The notes: generated from the sequence alone by a model not told the origin. 64,000 bases of DNA from Bdellovibrionales bacterium (GCA_031370005.1 JANMPT010000024.1:64001-128000); one strand, 5' to 3'. Counted from the stretch's first letter, positions 46,226 through 55,867 are shown. Numbers and translations: made by a program.

Positions 46226-46747
46226 ATGAGGCACATATTTAACTTTTTAAAGTCGAACTTATTTAACAGCATTCTTATTATTTTTCTAATATATGTTGCA
46301 GCATTGCGAGTTCCGACAATTATGAAAATGTATGAGGCGCAAGGGGAGCCGGCGCCTTCGGCTAGCATTGTCGATCTAACAGGACAGAATATTTTAATTC
46401 CGCGTCATCAAAAACAGGTCCTCGTTTTTTGGGCGACGTGGTGCGGTCCTTGTAGGATCGAGCTCGGCAGAATCAACAGAATGATAATAAAAAACGAAAT
46501 CAATGCGAATGATATTCTTGCAGTTTCTATTTCTGAAGATCCAAAAACAGTTACTGCTTTTGTAAGGGAGCATGAGTATCATTTCCAAGTGGCTGTTGAT
46601 GAAACAGGAAAGCTTGCAAGGCTATATAAGGTATTTGGAACTCCCACGATACTTCTAATAGATCAAGATGGCAAAGTGAACTGGATGACAACGGGGCTGA
46701 GTCCCGCCCTTGAATTTAGACTCAAATCATTTTTAATCAAACAATAA
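46226..46747 (+). CDS. TlpA-family thiol:disulfide oxidoreductase
   Basis: N-terminal TM, FWATWCGPC, GTP. Confidence 0.9.
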   Translation: MRHIFNFLKSNLFNSILIIFLIYVAALRVPTIMKMYEAQGEPAPSASIVDLTGQNILIPRHQKQVLVFWATWCGPCRIELGRINRMIIKNEINANDILAVSISEDPKTVTAFVREHEYHFQVAVDETGKLARLYKVFGTPTILLIDQDGKVNWMTTGLSPALEFRLKSFLIKQ

Positions 46748-46873
46748 GACAAATTTCGTATTACTAAAAAATATCATTGTATATTTATTAAATTGAAATT
46801 GAGCTTTCAAGCCTTTTGCGAGATGAATGGGATCTGAGCATATGCTCGGAATTGCCAAAAATAAGGAGGCAGC

Positions 46874-47416
46874 ATGAAGAAGTTTTTAGTAATGACCATC
46901 GTGTCCGTAATTTCAGCGGGCGCTTTTGCAGCAGGTTACACACCAATGAATATTGTTGAGAAATCATCTTATCAGTTGGCAGGCTTAGTCACTAAGGGAA
47001 AAATCGATGCAAGTTTTCTTACGGATGTAAATCATTTAACAGTGTCCTCTGATGCTAGCGGATTTCACGTTCAGATGACCTCGCCAGCGACGACTCCGGA
47101 CGCGGTGAATACCTTGGATATCACTTTTGACACAAACGGAAAGGCAACCAGCTTTTCTTCGAACTTTGTTGCGCGCTTTTCACAGGGACCTATTTTTGAA
47201 AAGACCAATGCAGCAACGATCTTGGATCTTTGTGCAGAAGCATTCGTTGATCACTTATCCGAGTCCCAAGATAACCTCTTTGTTGCTCAAAACGTAGAGA
47301 GTATTGATCTCGGTGTTGAACAAGGTGGATTCCTCATTTTGGTTCACCTGAAAAATGCACAAGTTTACCAGGTACACATGGATGCAACGGGCAAAGTTAT
47401 TTCCAAAGGATTCTAA
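46874..47416 (+). CDS. Hypothetical exported protein with internal duplication
   Basis: SD AAGGAGG, signal AFA; the two halves end in ITFDTNGK and VHMDATGK. Confidence 0.65.
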   Translation: MKKFLVMTIVSVISAGAFAAGYTPMNIVEKSSYQLAGLVTKGKIDASFLTDVNHLTVSSDASGFHVQMTSPATTPDAVNTLDITFDTNGKATSFSSNFVARFSQGPIFEKTNAATILDLCAEAFVDHLSESQDNLFVAQNVESIDLGVEQGGFLILVHLKNAQVYQVHMDATGKVISKGF

Positions 47417-47419
47417 AAA

Positions 47420-47995
47420 ATGAAAACGGTTCAGAGCTTCGCAGTCATTGCTTTACTAACTTTAGGTCTGCGTAGTTTTGCGCAAGACCAAGAGGCTTCA
47501 GTTCAGAATGGTCATGTAGAGTTCACCGCCGTCGGTAAACCAGCGATGTTGAAAATCCACGGAAAGTCTCTTGGTCCCACGGGAAAAATCAGTGTGAGCA
47601 AGGGGCGAATTTCGGGCGTTTTAAAGTTGGAGCTCAAGGGCATTGCGACAGGAATTGATCTGCGCGACGAACATATGAAAAAGAAGTATCTTCAGGTGGA
47701 TCTCTTTCCTGTGGCAGAGCTTTTGATTAAAGATATGGATGTTAATGTAGGTAAATTTTCTGATTTTAGTGGCACATTGAAAGATCAAAATTTTACCGGC
47801 GACCTGACTCTTCACGGAGTGAGGAAGTCGATTCATGGCGTTTATGAGGTACAGTCCGAGGGAAGCCTATTAAAGATACATGCGACTTATCAGTTTAAAT
47901 TATCAGATTTCAATATTGAGATTCCTTCTTATGCAGGCATTAAGGTGGCGGATAGTGTTACTGTGGAGACCTCCTTTGAGGTGCCAAAAAAATGA
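47420..47995 (+). CDS. YceI family polyisoprenoid-binding protein
   Basis: TGIDLRDEHM, GDLTLHGV, SDFNI. Confidence 0.9.
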   Translation: MKTVQSFAVIALLTLGLRSFAQDQEASVQNGHVEFTAVGKPAMLKIHGKSLGPTGKISVSKGRISGVLKLELKGIATGIDLRDEHMKKKYLQVDLFPVAELLIKDMDVNVGKFSDFSGTLKDQNFTGDLTLHGVRKSIHGVYEVQSEGSLLKIHATYQFKLSDFNIEIPSYAGIKVADSVTVETSFEVPKK

Positions 47996-49068
47996 GACCC
48001 CTTGTTTTTTTCTTAATGACATATGCTTGTCAGGCCTGGGCCTTTCCTGAGTTGATTCGATTTCAGTATAACAACTGCACGGCATGTCACGTTGCCCCTT
48101 CTGGAGGAGGTACGCTGACCTCTTATGGGCGAAGCCTTTCCTCGGAAGTGCTCAGCACTTGGGGAAGCGAGAAAGAGGCCGGTTTTTTACACGGCATCTT
48201 GGATCGAGAGGCTCTTGAGAAGTGGATTTTACCAGGCGGTGATATTCGCGCAGTTCAAGTGCATCGTGAAGATGAAAATTCAAAATCGGGACGTTTTATT
48301 AAGATGCAGGCTGATGTATCTGCCGCCGTCGTTGATGATCGCTGGGCTGTTGCTGCGACGGTGGGAGATCTCGATGTCGACACTTGGAATTCTTATAGTA
48401 CGTCTTATTATGGAATGCTAAAACCTTATGATGAGCTTTCTATACGCGCCGGTCGATTCACTCCGCAGTATGGGCTCTATATCAGAGATCATATTGCCTT
48501 TATTAGATCTTTTTTGGGTTTTGGTTTGGATGCCAATCGTGATGTCGAAGAAGTTCAATGGACTGGTCTTGTGTGGACCACGAGCCTTTCTTACTCCAAA
48601 CAATTTAATATTGTTTACCCAGAGTCAGCCTATAGTTTTCAATCTCAGTATTTTTTTGCGGACAGCTATAAAATAGCGCTAAACTATTGGAAGGGCCGTT
48701 CTGAACTTATGGAAAGGGACGTTTTGGGTTTTTGGAGCCTTTTTGGTTTCACGCAAAAGGTGTTTTGGTTGAATGAGGTCGATTGGCAAAATAAAAAAGT
48801 CGGTGATCTTATTACGAGAAGTTTTGTGACCTATCAAAAGTTGGGTTATACTTTAGTTAAAGGCCTGGATCTTTTATTGTTGGGTGAATTTCAAAAGGGT
48901 GACCTTAGTGATGCCTCAACTGAAATTAATCGTTATGGACTAGGTTTTCAATTTTACCCTCGTCCACACTTTGAACTTAGTGGTGCTTGGACAAAGCAGA
49001 AAACTTTGGCCCTGACGACGGGGAGGGAGGCCGATTATGCATGGCTGTTACTTCATTATTATCTGTAG
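47992..49068 (+). CDS. Cyc2-like monoheme cytochrome c-outer-membrane beta-barrel fusion
   Basis: Signal AWA, then FPELIR...CTACH.APSGGGTLTSYGR, then amphipathic beta-strands ending LHYYL. Confidence 0.7.
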   Translation: MRPLVFFLMTYACQAWAFPELIRFQYNNCTACHVAPSGGGTLTSYGRSLSSEVLSTWGSEKEAGFLHGILDREALEKWILPGGDIRAVQVHREDENSKSGRFIKMQADVSAAVVDDRWAVAATVGDLDVDTWNSYSTSYYGMLKPYDELSIRAGRFTPQYGLYIRDHIAFIRSFLGFGLDANRDVEEVQWTGLVWTTSLSYSKQFNIVYPESAYSFQSQYFFADSYKIALNYWKGRSELMERDVLGFWSLFGFTQKVFWLNEVDWQNKKVGDLITRSFVTYQKLGYTLVKGLDLLLLGEFQKGDLSDASTEINRYGLGFQFYPRPHFELSGAWTKQKTLALTTGREADYAWLLLHYYL

Positions 49069-49774
49069 TTTTATGCTATCTGCTTGCAATTATAATGTCG
49101 TGAAAAACCCGAATGTGACTGGTGGAAACAATTCACTATCGCAGCCCATCAGTGAGTCTGCGACGATTGATGCCCCTTTGATTCAGGGAACTGTGCTTAA
49201 GCAGTGCATGTCTTGCCATGCGGGGCGCACGGCGCCGGAGTTGGGAAGCCTTACTGGAACTCGTGAGCATATAGCAAAGATTCTTTCTGAGGTCTTGTCC
49301 GATGCCATGCCTCCGGCAAAAAATGGCTATGCTCCGCTCTCAGATTGTGGAAAAGCAATTTTACAACGCTGGGTAGATATTGGTGCTCCATTAAACAGCT
49401 CAGAGAAAGTTGGAAGCCTGGTAGTTTGCAAGGGGCAGAACTCATTGCCTCCGGACCAAAGCACGATTCCAATTTCCCAACTACCTGTAAACTATCAGAC
49501 CTTACTTAAAAAAGTTTTACAACCCAAGTGTTTGAAGTGTCATAATCCTGATTCGGATGATGTTGATGCTGCCGGCATTTTGTTTTACCCTTTTGCAGAA
49601 ATCGCTAAAAAACCGAATTTGTGGTCGCGCCCAGGTGCTTTAAGCAAGATTGTTCGAGTGCTTACGCGCAATAATGATGAAAGGATGCCGCCACCAGAAG
49701 AGGGGCCAGCGTTAGAACCAGAAGAAATAAATTTTATCGTCAAGTGGATTGATGCTGGTAGCCCAGAACAATAA
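49037..49774 (+). CDS. Diheme c-type cytochrome lipoprotein
   Basis: Lipobox LSAC; CMSCH...MPP...WVDIGA and CLKCH...MPP...WIDAG duplicated domains. Confidence 0.85.
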   Translation: MHGCYFIIICSFMLSACNYNVVKNPNVTGGNNSLSQPISESATIDAPLIQGTVLKQCMSCHAGRTAPELGSLTGTREHIAKILSEVLSDAMPPAKNGYAPLSDCGKAILQRWVDIGAPLNSSEKVGSLVVCKGQNSLPPDQSTIPISQLPVNYQTLLKKVLQPKCLKCHNPDSDDVDAAGILFYPFAEIAKKPNLWSRPGALSKIVRVLTRNNDERMPPPEEGPALEPEEINFIVKWIDAGSPEQ

Positions 49775-50587
49775 TTAAATCTTAAACCAGTCGAAGTTCA
49801 GGCATGCCAAATTTTCATCACTGGAAGGTTTAATTTTTTCAATCACTTCTTCTAGGAGATGGGAAAGCTTTTCTCGTACCCAGTCGTAGTCTTCGCTCGA
49901 TAGGGAGATCACTCCGGAGTAATGAAGGCCATCAAATTCTTTAAAGCCAATGGCATCAATGGCCTTAAGACGCCAGTGTGTATGGTGCTGCTTAAGCAGG
50001 GGGGAGTCGGCCTCTAAGTGGAGTGTAGATTTAGCCACTTTAAATAGGCCCTTTTCTTGTCGAACGAATCCGCGACTTAGTAGGAATTCGAGTGTTGTGT
50101 TGAGAACTGCCGTAGAAAGTTGGAAGTGTTTTTGTAAACTCTCCAAAGATTGCAATGATGGGTTCAGTAAGGCCATGTGAATGGCGGCATAGTGCCAGCT
50201 GCTATAGTAAATGGTCTGATCCTCCAAAGAGAGATGTTCTTTAATATTCACACGTGTTTTTAAAACCGTATGTTGTTCTCTTTTTTGTGAAATTTGTTTG
50301 GCTAGTATTTTTTCTAGCCCCTTTGTTCCAGCTCGCTGATGCATGACCAACAATAATAAAAAATCAGTGTCTAACTCGCCAAGGCCCATCCATCGTGCAC
50401 AAGCCTCAGTCTGCTCCAGGCTAAAATGATAGGTACCAGCAAGGACATGGGTAATAAAGGGAGTCTGGCATCCGATGGCTTCAGAGAGCTGCTTTCGAAG
50501 GCCGCGACCTCGAAGTGGCCCCTTGTCGATCCAATCAATGATAAATTTTTTGTAATCTTTGTATTCGAATACAGTGAGAGTTGTCAT
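49775..50587 (-). CDS. TIGR02147-family protein, putative regulator
   Basis: VFEYKDYKKF, YYSSWHYAAIH, HHTHWRLKA, LNFDWF. Confidence 0.85.
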   Translation of the reverse strand: MTTLTVFEYKDYKKFIIDWIDKGPLRGRGLRKQLSEAIGCQTPFITHVLAGTYHFSLEQTEACARWMGLGELDTDFLLLLVMHQRAGTKGLEKILAKQISQKREQHTVLKTRVNIKEHLSLEDQTIYYSSWHYAAIHMALLNPSLQSLESLQKHFQLSTAVLNTTLEFLLSRGFVRQEKGLFKVAKSTLHLEADSPLLKQHHTHWRLKAIDAIGFKEFDGLHYSGVISLSSEDYDWVREKLSHLLEEVIEKIKPSSDENLACLNFDWFKI

Positions 50588-50689
50588 TGAGTCTCCGTGT
50601 TTAGCAAAACTAAATTAAATGATTGTTTTTTAGCTAAATACAATTGAAAGTCAACTAGGTTTGAATGATAACAGACTTCGGAGGTCCTT

Positions 50690-51301
50690 ATGTTGGCCGT
50701 TTTAAGACCTGTTCTCATTTCCGCTTTCAGTGTTTTTATATGTACTCAAGCTCTTGCATTTTCTCGTTTTGAGGGCGGAGTGAGCGGCGGTGGTGGAAAT
50801 GTTATTAATCCGGCACCTCCGGATCGAGCAGCCGATCATGAGGATGTAGAGCACATCGTAAAGGCTTCCGTGAGCTATACTTATTGGTACTTTAAGAGTG
50901 TTCAAGGTGATTATATTTCTGGTCAGATGAAGCCGGAACTCTCAGCGATTTTCACAAAAATTTTTGCTGGTGGCAAGGATTTCGAATCGGTTCTCACGAA
51001 AGTTCAGCCTGACGTTCAGGAAGAGGGGCCTTGCCACGACTTTGATTATAAGCCCGTTGATGCCAGTATTCGCAGTTCTAGAGCCAATAGTTTCTGTGTG
51101 AGCTCCTATGCAATTGCCAATAAGGTGAACTTTAAAGAAATTCCTATTCAATCAGCTGCGCTGATGGCTCATGAGTATTCAGAAATTATGGGACTCAATG
51201 AAGAGGAGGCAGTTTCCATTCAGAAGAATGCCATTGAGAGGATGAAGGCCTCAAATCTGCCGCCTCTTTCGGTTAACTTCGATGAATTCTGGCGGAAGTG
51301 A
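50690..51301 (+). CDS. Exported hypothetical protein with Gly-rich N-terminal motif and HExxE
   Basis: Signal ALA, GGVSGGGG, LMAHEYSE. Confidence 0.65.
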   Translation: MLAVLRPVLISAFSVFICTQALAFSRFEGGVSGGGGNVINPAPPDRAADHEDVEHIVKASVSYTYWYFKSVQGDYISGQMKPELSAIFTKIFAGGKDFESVLTKVQPDVQEEGPCHDFDYKPVDASIRSSRANSFCVSSYAIANKVNFKEIPIQSAALMAHEYSEIMGLNEEEAVSIQKNAIERMKASNLPPLSVNFDEFWRK

Positions 51302-52349
51302 AAGAAACCCTAGCTTTGAGGGCTTTTACAGGATCCTTTTCACTTTCAAAGGTTTTACATTCTTCGAGGAATTTTTTAAAATCGCGTCCATTTTTTTCAT
51401 AGAGTTTTTCAAAATCGCTGAGATCTTGCATGTATGTGCGATAAACTAATAGACGCGCATTATTGATTTTAATATTTTGAAATTTTTTATAGGTTTCAGT
51501 TTTCAGCTGCGGAAGCACTTCTTTTTTGAAGTCTTCTTGCAGCTGAGAAAACTGCTGCTGGCGTTTGTCATCGCTTTGTTCGTTGGTTGGCAGGCTCTGA
51601 TACCAGGCTTCCATGTTTTTGAGTTTCACGCTTAACCACTCTGAGAATGTTCTATCATCCGCATTTTCATTTTTCACAGCGAAAAGTGTTGGTGAGTTGG
51701 GCCCTTCTTTTTTGAGGTAAAACAGCTCCGCACCTTTGTTGCCTATAAATACGGCCATGCGCTCATTGAATTCGGCTTCGTGCTTTATGTATAAGGTGGC
51801 GTGAACAGTTTCGTGGATAATCGTGTTGACTAGGTCATAGTCTTTGTATTGAAGCATCGAGGAGAGAAGCGGATCATTAAACCATCCAAGAGTAGAATAA
51901 GCGGCGACTCCACGCATATAAGTATCTAGATTTTGGTTTTCTTGTTTTAAAATTTCTTCTTCTTTTTTGGCATCGGCCTCATTGAAAAAACCTTTGTAGG
52001 GCATAGAGCCGACAATGGGAAAATGCCATTTGTAGGCTTCGAGTTTCCATTTTTGAGCCGCACTTACCACGTAAGTGACGTACGGACGATCGAGCGATAC
52101 AAAGCTGGAATAGTTTTTTGTCGACTTCAGGCTGAGTGATTGCTCGGCGAAGGCACGGGCCTCTTGTGCTAGTTGAATTTTTCTTTTTTGCGCCGCCGTG
52201 AGTTTTGGGTCTTTCAGTGCTTCCTCGATCGTCACTTGAGAGCTCATCATTGAAAATTGATTGTAGGCGGATTTTACAATGTAGTTGATTTGACAGGAAG
52301 ACAAGAGAACCGCACAGCCAGTTATGGCAGCAGTTTTTAGAATATCCAT
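51273..52349 (-). CDS. Zinc-dependent aminopeptidase lipoprotein (DUF2265-like)
   Basis: Lipobox LSSC, PYKGFF, AYSTLGWFNDP, IIHETVH, FNE. Confidence 0.85.
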   Translation of the reverse strand: MDILKTAAITGCAVLLSSCQINYIVKSAYNQFSMMSSQVTIEEALKDPKLTAAQKRKIQLAQEARAFAEQSLSLKSTKNYSSFVSLDRPYVTYVVSAAQKWKLEAYKWHFPIVGSMPYKGFFNEADAKKEEEILKQENQNLDTYMRGVAAYSTLGWFNDPLLSSMLQYKDYDLVNTIIHETVHATLYIKHEAEFNERMAVFIGNKGAELFYLKKEGPNSPTLFAVKNENADDRTFSEWLSVKLKNMEAWYQSLPTNEQSDDKRQQQFSQLQEDFKKEVLPQLKTETYKKFQNIKINNARLLVYRTYMQDLSDFEKLYEKNGRDFKKFLEECKTFESEKDPVKALKARVSFTSARIHRS

Positions 52350-52909
52350 GTCATACCTGCGGAAACCGCATCATCATTGGTCTTGGCGCCACCACCGATG
52401 GGCGTCTGCCAAACACTATAGCTTGCTTTAAGGCCAAAGGTCTCTGTGAGAGCAACCTTGAGCCCTAAACCATAACTAGGCGCCACAGCCACATCGGGTT
52501 CCAAAGTTTGTGTCGGAAAATTACCGTCTTTAATTTCTTGGCGTCGAGAAATTTGAGCTGCTCCACCTTTAATATATGGTTGAAAAAGAGCTTTCTTATC
52601 AGCAAAGACAATAATTAGATCCGCACCGATAATTTGAGTTTTTTGATAGATCGTTCGTGGAGTATCCACAGAGGAGCCCTGTTGTTTTTGAATTCCAATG
52701 GCTTCGGTGTAACTTAACTCTAAGGCAAGTTTTTCTGCAAAATAAAACGAAATAGAGCCGGTGGTGGACTCAGAGTCATAATTATTATTAGCATCGAAGC
52801 TTGTCTTTTTACGGCCATAGGTGAGACCCATTTCCGTGAACATTGCGTACGTGCTCAGCGGAAGTATTAACAGCATCAGAATCACTAGTGCTTGCAAAGT
52901 CTTTTTCAT
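52337..52909 (-). CDS. Small outer-membrane beta-barrel protein
   Basis: Signal peptide, FQPYIKGG, YGLGLK, C-terminal WIF. Confidence 0.8.
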   Translation of the reverse strand: MKKTLQALVILMLLILPLSTYAMFTEMGLTYGRKKTSFDANNNYDSESTTGSISFYFAEKLALELSYTEAIGIQKQQGSSVDTPRTIYQKTQIIGADLIIVFADKKALFQPYIKGGAAQISRRQEIKDGNFPTQTLEPDVAVAPSYGLGLKVALTETFGLKASYSVWQTPIGGGAKTNDDAVSAGMTWIF

Positions 52910-52974
52910 GCTCCCAGGATATCAAATTTTAGAATGAAAAATGAGGGGATTCGCCTCTAGACTGGAGCTAAGTC

Positions 52975-53814
52975 TTACTCTGAATAGACCAGGGACGAGG
53001 GCCTGAAGCTAACAGTAAAGCTATACTTCAGATGGATAAACCCATCAGCCTCGACTATGCCCTGAGGAGGGTTTGGGAACATGCCGGCGTCTTTAAAAGC
53101 CATGACAGCGGCTTGATCAAAGCGACTGATGCCGGACTCTTTGAGAATATGGGATGAGTGATAGCGGCCGTCTCGGGTAAGCCAGATGTCCACAGATGTG
53201 ATCCAGCTTCTGCGGCCAACTACGCCCAAGATATAACTGCGATCAAAAGAGTCCACGGCTTGGCGCACGCGGCTTTCCCAGCGAAATCGAACAAGCTCCT
53301 CAATGCGGGAGTAAAATGAATAATAAACATAACGATCTGTATTGAGGGCGGTGAAGTTGCCGATGGAAACATCTTGGGGCAAGGTCTCGCCAATTGTAGA
53401 GGGAGTGTTCTCAACACTCTGGGCATATGTTTTCAAGTTTTTCGCGATATCATTTCCTTCTGGATCATAAATTTTAGGGGATACTTTAGGAGAACTTTGC
53501 GAGGTGCTTCTGTTTTGTGTCATGCCAGAATTTATTGCTTGGGTTTCTTTGCGGACGTGTTGCTTTTCTGCAGAAAGAAAACGCGCGAGATCCGTATCAT
53601 CTTCTTTCAACTCTTGTTTTGGAGCTATTGCTTGGCGAACGATTTGACGCTGTAGTTTGCGCTTGGAAGGGCTCTTCGCAGAGGGCTTTTCCACTAAATC
53701 AATAGTGGTGATATCTTTAGGCTTTGGCTCAAAATAAGGCGCCCCCTTGTCCAAGATAAGGACCAACAGGAAGTGAATAGCGAAGCTAAGTATCAGGGCG
53801 CGTAATAAGCTCAT
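52975..53814 (-). CDS. TonB/TolA C-terminal domain protein
   Basis: SFAIH TM motif, ESGISRFDQAAVMAF, FPNPP. Confidence 0.85.
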   Translation of the reverse strand: MSLLRALILSFAIHFLLVLILDKGAPYFEPKPKDITTIDLVEKPSAKSPSKRKLQRQIVRQAIAPKQELKEDDTDLARFLSAEKQHVRKETQAINSGMTQNRSTSQSSPKVSPKIYDPEGNDIAKNLKTYAQSVENTPSTIGETLPQDVSIGNFTALNTDRYVYYSFYSRIEELVRFRWESRVRQAVDSFDRSYILGVVGRRSWITSVDIWLTRDGRYHSSHILKESGISRFDQAAVMAFKDAGMFPNPPQGIVEADGFIHLKYSFTVSFRPSSLVYSE

Positions 53815-53862
53815 CTTGTCTCACTATAGAACGAAGCTGGACCAAAATCCAAGTATGACAGC

Positions 53863-53889
53863 TAAAGTTGAAACAAATTCTGCCGAAAA
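53863..53889 (+). promoter_or_regulatory. sigma28 (FliA) promoter
   Basis: TAAA-N15-GCCGAAAA, one mismatch to TAAA-N15-GCCGATAA. Confidence 0.8.
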
Positions 53890-53913
53890 GTGATTGTTGT
53901 CATCGGGGGTGTA

Positions 53914-54420
53914 ATGGCAAAAATAATAGACATCACAAGCCGGGTAAAGTCCCAGAATTCTTTAGAAAATAACAAATCTTCCAGCGCTCCGGTTGTAGAT
54001 ATGACGGCAGCGCGAGAAGAAATGCTAAATAAAGATCGACGAGAGGTGAAGCGTACAATCCTGACAGAGTTTGTTGGCGCGTACGCGGTTTTGCCGGAGA
54101 GAGGCCTTATGAAGGTGACTCTCTATGACATCTCGGAAAACGGGATTGCTTTTGATCTTGAGCTGCAAGAGGGCATGTACTTAGAGGGCGATGAGGTGGC
54201 TTTTAGAGTCTACCTGAACCACACCACATATTTTCCATTTACAGTGAAAGTGATTAAGTCTCGTCAGATGGATGACATGGGAGTGATTCGACATGGAGCC
54301 CAGTTCTTAAAGGGCACTGTGAACGATGTTGCGCTTCATCATTTTGTAAAGTTTATTGAAAATGTCAGCGCCGGCCTTTGTAAGGATGGTGGCGATATTC
54401 TTGTTTCGAATATTTCTTAG
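53914..54420 (+). CDS. PilZ domain protein
   Basis: RxxxR (REVKR) and DxSxxG (DISENG); ATG 53914 after GGGGG fits the promoter. Confidence 0.85.
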   Translation: MAKIIDITSRVKSQNSLENNKSSSAPVVDMTAAREEMLNKDRREVKRTILTEFVGAYAVLPERGLMKVTLYDISENGIAFDLELQEGMYLEGDEVAFRVYLNHTTYFPFTVKVIKSRQMDDMGVIRHGAQFLKGTVNDVALHHFVKFIENVSAGLCKDGGDILVSNIS

Positions 54421-54544
54421 CTTTATGATTCGGTTTTAATCCGGATTACTTCAAAGCTTTTCATGGACATTGGCCAGGCCTTATTGTCGAATAGACTTAG
54501 GGCTTGTTTCATTTTCGGAACGGGCCATCCATGGAGGGTAAAAG

Positions 54545-55867
54545 TTGAGCAAATCTAAGCGCAGAAAAATTGTCGTTGATACCAATGTCATTTTGTTTGA
54601 TGCCCAGGCGATTCTTCGTTTTGGCGAAGCTGATGTGCACATTCCAATATCCGTTATTGAAGAAATCGATAAATTCAAACGCGATCAAGGTGAGAACGGG
54701 CGAAACGCCCGGCAATTCAGTCGTTTTGTAGATGTGCTCAGGGCAAAAGGCTCTCTTGCTCAAGGTGTGCAACTTGATAACAGCGAAACCATGGTTTACA
54801 TCAGCACAGATTTGATGTTAGCGGGAATGCCACCAGAATTTGATCAAGTTAAGGCCGATAATAGAATTTTGAATACGGCCTTGGCTTTGCAAAAGCAACA
54901 TCCGCGGGTTAAAGTTGAGCTGATTACAAAAGATATTAATCTTCGTATCAAGGCAGATGTTTACGGCATCTTTGCAAAAGATTATGAGCCGACTGATGTT
55001 TCTCAAGAAGATATGTATGAAGGCTATCTTGAACTTGAAATTTCACCGGAAAAAATTGATCGTTTTTATAAAGACAAAAAATATGCTTACGAAGGAACTC
55101 AAAAGCTTTATGCGAATCAATATGTGATCATGAAGGATTCATCGAATCCAAATCACTCAGCGATCGGACGATATTCTCAAGCAGATTTGGCGATTGTACC
55201 CTTAATCAATCCCCCTGACAGTATCTGGGGTATTCATGCTCGCAACGTAGAGCAGGCTTTTGCGTTGGACAGTCTGTTGAATGACGAAATTCTTTTTGTC
55301 TCTTTGGTGGGCAAAGCCGGAACAGGCAAAACATTATTGGCGCTTGCGGCGGGGCTTTTTAAAACTTTGGACGAGGGCCGCTTTCAAAGATTGCTTGTGT
55401 CGCGCCCGATTTTTCCCATGGGAAAAGATATTGGTTACCTGCCGGGGGATATTGAGCAGAAGTTGAATCCATGGATGCAGCCTATTTTTGATAACGTGGA
55501 GTTCTTGATGGGGTCTGATAAGAAAGCATCAGGCCGCGCCCAGGAACTAATTAATCAAGGTATGCTTAATATTGAACCACTGACTTATATTCGTGGACGA
55601 AGTATTCCTAAGCAGTATTTGATTGTAGATGAAGCACAGAATTTAACCCCCCACGAGATTAAAACCATCGTGACCCGGGCAGGGCGTGGTACGAAGGTGA
55701 TTTTAACCGGGGACGTTTATCAGATCGATAATCCCTATGTTGACTCAGCAAATAGCGGGCTTACATATGCAGTGGAGAGATTTAAAGGACACCCGATAGC
55801 TGGGCATGTCACGTTAACCAAGGGTGAGCGCTCTGAGCTTGCTGAGTTGGCGGCAAATATTCTTTAG
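54545..55867 (+). CDS. PhoH family protein (PIN + PhoH ATPase)
   Basis: VVDTNV PIN, TKDINLRIKA, GKAGTGKT, GYLPG, RGRS, DEAQN. Confidence 0.95.
   Translation: MSKSKRRKIVVDTNVILFDAQAILRFGEADVHIPISVIEEIDKFKRDQGENGRNARQFSRFVDVLRAKGSLAQGVQLDNSETMVYISTDLMLAGMPPEFDQVKADNRILNTALALQKQHPRVKVELITKDINLRIKADVYGIFAKDYEPTDVSQEDMYEGYLELEISPEKIDRFYKDKKYAYEGTQKLYANQYVIMKDSSNPNHSAIGRYSQADLAIVPLINPPDSIWGIHARNVEQAFALDSLLNDEILFVSLVGKAGTGKTLLALAAGLFKTLDEGRFQRLLVSRPIFPMGKDIGYLPGDIEQKLNPWMQPIFDNVEFLMGSDKKASGRAQELINQGMLNIEPLTYIRGRSIPKQYLIVDEAQNLTPHEIKTIVTRAGRGTKVILTGDVYQIDNPYVDSANSGLTYAVERFKGHPIAGHVTLTKGERSELAELAANIL

Noticed and set aside
54545..55867. PIN domain as a toxin-antitoxin or defence system
   Set aside because: Standard PIN-PhoH fusion with no adjacent antitoxin-like gene
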